Source of the DNA: an uncultured Bacteroidales bacterium
GTDB lineage: Bacteria > Bacteroidota > Bacteroidia > Bacteroidales > GCA-2748055
DNA: 64,000 nt
Direction: 5' to 3'
Assembly (NCBI GenBank): GCA_963751705.1
Contig: CAVVVN010000004.1
Coordinates: 149,999-213,998, forward strand
The position numbers were made by a program, and so were the translations under genes. This document shows positions 57,936-64,000 of this stretch, piece after piece; the stretch's first letter is position 1; each line of letters begins with the position of its first letter. The notes under the pieces are model-generated. The model saw only the letters and a program-made list of their open reading frames with translations. It ran no database searches and was not told the origin of the DNA.

Positions 57936-58376
57936 ATGAAAAGAAAGCTCCTGCTCTGTCTGATTATTCCCCTGTTATTTGGAAGTTGCACCCGGGAAAA
58001 GAGATCTCCCATGGAAGGGGCCTGGAAATTAGCCAATGAATATGAAGTTAAGGGAGACCAGACAACTCTTTTGTTTCCTGGCATCTCCAGAGGAAGTGAA
58101 ATCAAGATGTGGTCCGGGGACCGTTGGGCCCTTGTGGGGGTATTTATTGAGGACTCAACAATTACGGATAATTTTGGCGGGGGAAAATTCACCCTGGATG
58201 GCAGCAACTACCAGGAGATTGTGGAATATCATAGTGCTAAAGAATACCTGGGGCAGACTGTAAAACTTTGGCTGGAGATAAAGGGTGACACCCTGACCCA
58301 AATCTGGCCGGTGGATGAACAGGGAGAGCCGGTCAGAAGTCACCACTACATGGAGAAGTGGATCAGGTTTGAATAG
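57936..58376 (+). CDS. Small lipocalin-like lipoprotein.
   Basis: Lipobox LLFGSCT. GAWKLANEY...KMWSGDRWALVG...GGGKFTLDGSNYQE...L...GDTLTQ resembles the lipocalin-like (DUF4488-type) pattern. Confidence 0.5.
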   Translation: MKRKLLLCLIIPLLFGSCTREKRSPMEGAWKLANEYEVKGDQTTLLFPGISRGSEIKMWSGDRWALVGVFIEDSTITDNFGGGKFTLDGSNYQEIVEYHSAKEYLGQTVKLWLEIKGDTLTQIWPVDEQGEPVRSHHYMEKWIRFE

Positions 58377-58393
58377 TATCGTCCAGGCTTATT

Positions 58394-61300
58394 TTAGAGT
58401 TTGATCCCGATCATCAACACATCGTCGATCTGTTCCTGCTTGCCTTTCCAATCATCAAATTCCTTCTCCAGGGCCTCCTTCTGATCGTGCATAATATTCT
58501 GCTGAATTTCTTTCAGCAGGGTTTTTAGACGGGCGCTTCCGAATTTTTTCCGTCCCTCTCCCCCGAATTGATCGGCATAACCATCGGAAAAGAGGTAGAG
58601 GCTATCTCCACGGCCCAATTTCAGAGAGTGAGCTGAAAAGAGTGTACTGCTCATGGCGTGGATTCCAACAGGCATGGGATCTCCCTTAATTATCACCTGT
58701 TTGCCCTTCTGGAAGGTGTAGAGGTGGTGGTTTGCACCGGTAAACTGGACCTCCCTGGTTTTCGTATTGATGGCCACAAGTGCCATCTCCATGCCGTCTC
58801 TGGCCTCATACTTGTCGCCTGTTTGTCCCAGTGCTGCAATCAACTGGTCACGCAATTCATCCATAAGTTCGTTGGTGGGCTGATCCCCGTATTTGCTGGA
58901 TATTTCATTTAGCAGGGAGATACCCAGCATACTCATGAATGCACCTGGCACCCCGTGTCCGGTGCAATCGGCCACTGCAATCAATACCGTCTCGTCCCGT
59001 TTGTCCACCCAGAAAAAATCGCCACTAACAATGTCTCGGGGCCTGTAGAATACAAAATGTTTGGGCAGGAGGTAACGCATGACCTCAGGGGCGGGCATCA
59101 CTGCATCCTGGATCCTTCGGGCATAGTGTATGCTGTCTGTCATGGCCCTGTTTTGCTGGTCAATCAGCTCTTTCTGTTTTGAAATGGAGTCTCGTTGTGC
59201 CTCGATCTCGTCGCGCTGTGAGGTGACCTCATCGTTCAGGTTTTGAAGTTCCCTTTTTTGAAGCTCAATCTCTTTGTTTTGCTTTTCAAGAAGCTCGGCT
59301 CGTGATTTGAGCTTCCTGGTATAAAGAATCACAAAGACTATCAGCGAGGAGAGCAGGATCACATAGATAAAAATGGCCAGCACGGTGGCATACCAGGGTC
59401 TTAAAATACTGAATGCATACTGCTCCGTAGGACTTTCATCTTCATAGGCATTTCTCGCTTTTATCAGCATCACGTACCTGCCATGTTTCAGATTGTTGAT
59501 TTTCACCGACCTTTCCCAACTCCAGTCGGACCACTGGCTGCTGAATCCCTCGAGGAAATAGCTGTAACGAATCTGATATTCCTGCTTGTAATAAGGAGCG
59601 GACCAGGTAAACTCCACATCACGGTAGATATGTTTAAGGCTGGGTTGGCCCTCTACACTTTGCTTATCATATGCCAGGATATGACCGGATGGATCCATCA
59701 GGTAGTAAGAGCCATTGAACAGGACAGAATCGCCCGAAATACTAACATTTCGGATCAAAACATTAAATGTATCTTCGGTCTCGGTGGCCAGACTTTCATC
59801 AAAATGAATCAATTGGTTGGACTTGGCGAACCAGCTTTGATCCTCTGCATCCGTATAGAAAAAGCTTGTGGGTTCTCTGGAAGGCAAAGCTCTGAATGGG
59901 CGGTCGTACATCACTTCAAAACCCTTCGGGGTCCGACTCGCCACCAGGATACTCCAGCCCCTGTATTCATTCTGAAAGGAGAACCAGTAAAGTTGATTGG
60001 CTCCCCGGTGAAGGGCCATGATGTTGTTTTTTCCTTCAGGAAGGATGCTGTTAAAAACAGAGTCTGTTGCAAAAGTTGAGCTAAGGGAATTAAAACGGTA
60101 AAACCCATCCGGAGTACCAACCAGAAGCTCCTGGTTCAGGGGATCGTTAAACAGCTTTACATTTGAGGCCTCAGGGAGACCCTGCTCACTGCCAAAGCTA
60201 GTAAGTTCCGGATCCTGGTTCCGGTCCCTGGCAAGTCGGAACAAGCCTGCCCTGGTGGAGATCCAGACATTTTTTTCCCTGTCGTAACACAGCTGAGAAA
60301 TCTCTCCGCGCAAAGCTACCCTCTCAAACTCATACCACGCACCATCTTTGTATTGAAAGCCAGTCAATTCACTGGTTCCCGTATAGAATTCGGATGGATG
60401 TTCCGGATCGTAGAGTATTTTCCTTCCACCAACTGGCAGGGTATTGATCTTCAGTTGCTGGTCGATCACATAAGTGCGGTCCAACCCGGAGGCCAGTAGA
60501 AAAGCCTTCCCGCCTGCAGGTTGGACTACCTGAAGGTCAAAAATGGCCTCCCGGATACCTCGCATATTCCGGTTCCAGTTACGATCGGGCACCGTGGGCC
60601 GGCGATTGATCCCTCCAAGGTTGGCAATGATCAGGTCACCCCCAAACTCTGCCACGTCTGTAATATCCTGACTGGAACCTCTGCCATCCATCCCTAAAGC
60701 TCCGGGTCCCACGGATTGTATCCGGAAGGGACTATTCAGGTCCAGTCTGCTTACTCCTTTAAAGTGCGCTACCCAAAGGCAGGATGCTTCCCGGCCCTTG
60801 GCGCCCAGATAGATATGTGCAATTGTATTGTCCAGCATGCCTTGTTGCATGGAAATGATTTCGTTCAGATCCCCCTGCTCATTCAGAACCAGGACCCCCT
60901 TATCACTGGTCCCTATATAAATATGCTTCTCATCCCTGATCAATCGAAATATCCTGGATGAAGAGAGATCCGCTTTCAATGCCGGATTCACAAAGCTGCT
61001 GTCGATACTTCCATCCTGGCGGTTCAGAAGAAATAAGCCCCCGGCTATGGTACTCACAAGGTAATGGTCCGGATCCATGTTCACCAGTCCGCTTATATTT
61101 TTATCGCTGAAATACGAACCTCCCGGGATTTGGATGAACCTATCCCCCTCATATTTCATCAGTCCGCTGCCGTAGACGGAGGTATACAGTTCAGAATTAA
61201 GGAAAAAAGAGAAGAAGGCATATTTCGGAAGGGGGATAACAGAAAGGTCACTGCTTGCCGGATCAAATACGAAAATGTTCTCCATGCTGCAAAAATAGAC

Positions 61301-61729
61301 CTTGTTATCCTGGTAGTAGGCCTTCCAGATGCTGGCACCAGGGTATTCTTCTTTTGTTAGAGAATCCAACAGGGATCGATAGCGGAGGCCACCTGTTTCA
61401 TCGGGTTCCAGCCTTCCGAAGCCTCCATTCAGCCCGGCATAAACCACTCCATCTTCTCCCGTAATCAAGGCTAATACTCTGAGATTGTCCCTGACCGGGA
61501 GGCTCCGCCATCTGGCGCCATCAAATTCCAGGATCCCCTTATCCTCATTTCCCACATAAATTAGACCTCTGTGGTCCTGGGTGATGGACCAGTTCTGTTC
61601 GCTTCCCCCCATTTCCGCAGAGTGGTAGTTCCTGATGAAAGGCAATCCATAGGGACTGGGCTGGCCCCGCAGGGAAAGGGTCAGCAGGCTGAGTAAAATA
61701 ATTACCGGAGAAATTTTTCTAAGTGTCAT
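58394..61729 (-). CDS. Sensor phosphatase: signal peptide, periplasmic two-component-regulator beta-propeller repeats, Y_Y_Y domain, TM helix, coiled coil and a cytoplasmic PP2C/SpoIIE phosphatase.
   Basis: The Y_Y_Y region is YRDVEFTWSAPYYKQEYQIRYSYFLEGFSSQWSDWSWERSVKINNLKHGRYVMLIKARN. The TM helix is WYATVLAIFIYVILLSSLIVFVILY (about 59320-59395). A heptad-rich segment follows. PP2C motifs are VSGDFFWV, LIAVADCTGHGVPGAFMSMLG, LYLFSDGYADQFGG and QIDDVLMIGIKL. Confidence 0.85.
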   Translation of the reverse strand: MTLRKISPVIILLSLLTLSLRGQPSPYGLPFIRNYHSAEMGGSEQNWSITQDHRGLIYVGNEDKGILEFDGARWRSLPVRDNLRVLALITGEDGVVYAGLNGGFGRLEPDETGGLRYRSLLDSLTKEEYPGASIWKAYYQDNKVYFCSMENIFVFDPASSDLSVIPLPKYAFFSFFLNSELYTSVYGSGLMKYEGDRFIQIPGGSYFSDKNISGLVNMDPDHYLVSTIAGGLFLLNRQDGSIDSSFVNPALKADLSSSRIFRLIRDEKHIYIGTSDKGVLVLNEQGDLNEIISMQQGMLDNTIAHIYLGAKGREASCLWVAHFKGVSRLDLNSPFRIQSVGPGALGMDGRGSSQDITDVAEFGGDLIIANLGGINRRPTVPDRNWNRNMRGIREAIFDLQVVQPAGGKAFLLASGLDRTYVIDQQLKINTLPVGGRKILYDPEHPSEFYTGTSELTGFQYKDGAWYEFERVALRGEISQLCYDREKNVWISTRAGLFRLARDRNQDPELTSFGSEQGLPEASNVKLFNDPLNQELLVGTPDGFYRFNSLSSTFATDSVFNSILPEGKNNIMALHRGANQLYWFSFQNEYRGWSILVASRTPKGFEVMYDRPFRALPSREPTSFFYTDAEDQSWFAKSNQLIHFDESLATETEDTFNVLIRNVSISGDSVLFNGSYYLMDPSGHILAYDKQSVEGQPSLKHIYRDVEFTWSAPYYKQEYQIRYSYFLEGFSSQWSDWSWERSVKINNLKHGRYVMLIKARNAYEDESPTEQYAFSILRPWYATVLAIFIYVILLSSLIVFVILYTRKLKSRAELLEKQNKEIELQKRELQNLNDEVTSQRDEIEAQRDSISKQKELIDQQNRAMTDSIHYARRIQDAVMPAPEVMRYLLPKHFVFYRPRDIVSGDFFWVDKRDETVLIAVADCTGHGVPGAFMSMLGISLLNEISSKYGDQPTNELMDELRDQLIAALGQTGDKYEARDGMEMALVAINTKTREVQFTGANHHLYTFQKGKQVIIKGDPMPVGIHAMSSTLFSAHSLKLGRGDSLYLFSDGYADQFGGEGRKKFGSARLKTLLKEIQQNIMHDQKEALEKEFDDWKGKQEQIDDVLMIGIKL

Positions 61730-61810
61730 TGAAAGCTTCTATGGCTAGACAATTTACTATTTCTGACTCAAAATCATGCATATAGTTTAATAATCAAAGG
61801 TATGGAATTG

Positions 61811-61850
61811 TAAAAAAGACGAGGCCCGTCCAACTATGAACGGGCCTCGC
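61811..61850 (-). terminator. Rho-independent terminator after the DUF4382-like gene.
   Basis: On the minus strand: CGAGGCCCGT-tcatagttgg-ACGGGCCTCG (10-bp perfect stem, 61820-61849) followed by TCTTTTTTAC. It lies 23 nt after the stop at 61873. Confidence 0.85.
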
Positions 61851-61872
61851 CAGTTAAATTAATACGATCCGA

Positions 61873-62733
61873 CTACTCTTCCTCTTCCGTCACAATTGGA
61901 GTCAGCGTAAAGTCCTGCACCGTCAGATTTCCTGCCACTACTTCCAGGCCATCCACAGTCACGGTGTCAAAACCCTCAAAGCTCGCCGATAAGTTATACA
62001 AACCTGCAGGCAGACCGGGTATGGCATAATACCCTTCCTCATTTGTATAGGCCGTGGTAATCACTTCCTCCTGTTCTATCCAGACGGAGGCGTTATGTAT
62101 CGCAGTGTCCGAATTTATAACCAAACCAGCGACAGTTCCTGCCTCCGTATTATTTACTGCACGGATCACAGGTTTGAAGTTAAAGCCTTTAATCCCAGCT
62201 GGGGAGTTGGTATTTCCTTTCAGTATAAAGGAGCTATCCACATTAAAGTCCAGTAATACATCGGTGGTTAATCCACCTGCTACATTCAGTGCCGGTTCCA
62301 TGAATATCTTAATCCCTGTCTGTGTGCCACTGGGCACTTTAAGATTGTAAGTCTCACCGCCTTTGACTGATAACCCGGCGTTATCCACATAAAGTCGGAT
62401 CAGATCATAATGTCCCGGCTCGATTTCCATATCAACCAGATCAGCGCTTACACCATTTCTCAGTTCGAGAAGGTTAAAATCCTTAGGTGGATCAAACTCA
62501 GCCAGGGTAACGAAAGGAGATTCCTCTTCATCACACTCACATACTTTACGGATCTCTACCTTACTGATGAATACCGTGGCTGCATCAATCATATCTATAG
62601 GAAACGGCGCATCAGTTAGTTTAATGACCAGGTTCCCTTTCTGATCATTGACCTGATCCAAATCCTTGCATCCAGTCGAAAAAAGTATCCCCAGAACAGC
62701 GAAAATTCCCAACAACAGTCTTAAATTCTTCAT
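61873..62733 (-). CDS. DUF4382-like lipoprotein with a C-terminal carboxypeptidase-regulatory-like (CarboxypepD_reg) domain.
   Basis: Lipobox LFSTGCKD. LVIKLTDAPFPID...FNLLELRNGVSADL...GHYDLIRLYV...LKVPSGTQTGIKI. C-terminal GLVINSD...NEEGYYAIPGLPAGLYNLSASFEGF. Confidence 0.65.
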   Translation of the reverse strand: MKNLRLLLGIFAVLGILFSTGCKDLDQVNDQKGNLVIKLTDAPFPIDMIDAATVFISKVEIRKVCECDEEESPFVTLAEFDPPKDFNLLELRNGVSADLVDMEIEPGHYDLIRLYVDNAGLSVKGGETYNLKVPSGTQTGIKIFMEPALNVAGGLTTDVLLDFNVDSSFILKGNTNSPAGIKGFNFKPVIRAVNNTEAGTVAGLVINSDTAIHNASVWIEQEEVITTAYTNEEGYYAIPGLPAGLYNLSASFEGFDTVTVDGLEVVAGNLTVQDFTLTPIVTEEEE

Positions 62734-62952
62734 GAGATTTATTTTTTTAGTTAACTAAAGCTTAATATTATATACCGCAGCAATGCACACTTACCCTACC
62801 CCATAAATGATTTTTTTTATATATCCTGCAAATTTGCCACATAATGAGCCTATTAAGCCTCAAGTTCATGTAAGTTGCAGGGTGTTTTATTAATAATATC
62901 CTGGGATTCATTAGTGGAAGACGGCAGGATCGTCCTGGAACCGCTCTTGGAC

Positions 62953-64000
62953 CTATCCTCTCCAGGGCCGGATACGATTCACATTGGAGAGAGTGTCCAG
63001 TGCAATATTGACATCCTCAACGATCTGAAAATCATACATACCGACACAAATGAAATCTGCCCCGTGATCAAAGGCATATTTGAATCCCTTTTCAGGTTTA
63101 ATCGCACCGGCTGCAAGCACCTTGAAGGCGATCCAGGGTTCTTCCAGCTCATTCATAAAATCGATGGCTTCCTGAGGCTTTAAACAGAAATTGTTGTCTT
63201 TCCAACCCGCTTCGGGAACATCCTTTCTTTCCAGATCAACCTCTGCGGACCAGTAATCATCTGAATGCAGGGTTTTCACCCAATAGTCCGGTTTAATTCC
63301 CCGCTCCACACAGGCCTGAACGGTCTCAATGCGGTGCGCTCCGATTCCGGCCGGTTTTCCATTACTACGAATCAAATCAAGTCCTTCGGCAAGCTCATCA
63401 AAGAAAGTTGGATCATTGTTGTATACCCTCATATCAGACTGTCCTCCATGACTGTACAGGGCATCTGCACCTCCCTCCAGGGATATTTCAATTCCTTCAA
63501 TAAAGTTTTTTCCGGCCCCGCAATCCGATATGAACTGCATTTTGCCCCCTGTTTCCTGCTTGTACTTGTTGAAAATGCGGCACATGACCGGATTGGAAAT
63601 GATGGCATTTATTCCACATTCTTCTGCCAGCTTCAGGGTAAGCATCACTTTCTCATCCGTATGGTACATTTTTACCAGCTTATCTACGTAGATCAGATCA
63701 CGTGCATGGGCCCAGCCCCCGATCAGGTTTCCTCCCATAACCAGCCGGCTCAGTTCAAACTCTCCAATCTTTCCTTTAGGTACAGTTCCTTTCAACTCTT
63801 CCAGGGAGGTCAACTGAAAGCTCTTCAGAGTGGCACTTGAAATGGCATCCGGATGATCGACCAGGAATTTCTTTTCCAGACTATCCCATTTGTTTTTTCT
63901 GTATAACATATAGGCGAAAGCCCCGAGAAAAGGAACACTGATCAAATCCCTAAGTAGTTCACGGCGTTTGTTCGGGATTCCTTCATCTGGTCCTGATGCC
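62953..64000 (-). CDS. Predicted Tat-exported protein of unknown function. It is 5'-partial because the start lies at or beyond the right window edge.
   Basis: The tracked M at 63945 is a TTG. The frame stays open upstream to the window end, reading ...ASGPDEGIPNKRRELLRDLISVPFLGAFAYML, a twin-arginine-like signal (RRxLL plus hydrophobic stretch). The body (GGNLIGGWAHARDLIYV...) is not a family I can name. Confidence 0.55.
   Translation of the reverse strand, partial: ASGPDEGIPNKRRELLRDLISVPFLGAFAYMLYRKNKWDSLEKKFLVDHPDAISSATLKSFQLTSLEELKGTVPKGKIGEFELSRLVMGGNLIGGWAHARDLIYVDKLVKMYHTDEKVMLTLKLAEECGINAIISNPVMCRIFNKYKQETGGKMQFISDCGAGKNFIEGIEISLEGGADALYSHGGQSDMRVYNNDPTFFDELAEGLDLIRSNGKPAGIGAHRIETVQACVERGIKPDYWVKTLHSDDYWSAEVDLERKDVPEAGWKDNNFCLKPQEAIDFMNELEEPWIAFKVLAAGAIKPEKGFKYAFDHGADFICVGMYDFQIVEDVNIALDTLSNVNRIRPWRG

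Noticed and set aside
62381-62389. A perfect DnaA box, TTATCCACA.
   Set aside because: It is a single occurrence inside a coding region, with no cluster of boxes, AT-rich unwinding element or dnaA/dnaN nearby. It is not an origin.

Overview
This is a gene-dense 64-kb chromosomal segment of about 55 protein genes, roughly 90% coding. It looks like core genome of a Bacteroidota organism, which is an inference from four things. A subtilase carries a T9SS-type C-terminal sorting domain. There are many lipoprotein signal peptides and TAnnTTTG-like -7 boxes. There is a sigma-54 two-component/adaptor/TolC module, and there are families I recall as Bacteroidota-typical (DUF4954-, DUF4382- and DUF1080-like). 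Confidently recognised housekeeping genes are dnaK, ribBA, fmt, panB, cdd, xseA/xseB and nagB. Others are an LptF/G permease, GT4/GT2/GT39 glycosyltransferases, a ROK glucokinase flanked by two MFS sugar transporters, a CCA/polyA-polymerase-family enzyme, an alanine/glycine:cation symporter, a fatty-acid desaturase and an ADP-forming acyl-CoA synthetase. I found no rRNA, tRNA, CRISPR array, transposase/IS or prophage. The only mobile-element trace is an integrase N-terminal fragment abutting the fmt 3' end. I do not see a clear-cut new defence or mobile system. The observations most worth following up are listed here. (1) A sigma-54 promoter plus upstream palindromes drives an adaptor-TolC-small-barrel operon with no inner-membrane pump gene, next to its NtrC-type regulator/kinase and a coupled pair of unknown envelope proteins. 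(2) A beta-propeller/Y_Y_Y periplasmic sensor is fused to a PP2C phosphatase, among unknown lipoproteins. (3) An 812-aa secreted protein has an aromatic/Gly-rich block and perfect 36-bp in-frame tandem repeats. (4) A stand-alone ACP lies directly upstream of the ADP-forming acyl-CoA synthetase. (5) Adjacent tetR and tolC genes each carry a single-base frameshift. All family calls come from motif recognition by eye; no database search was run.
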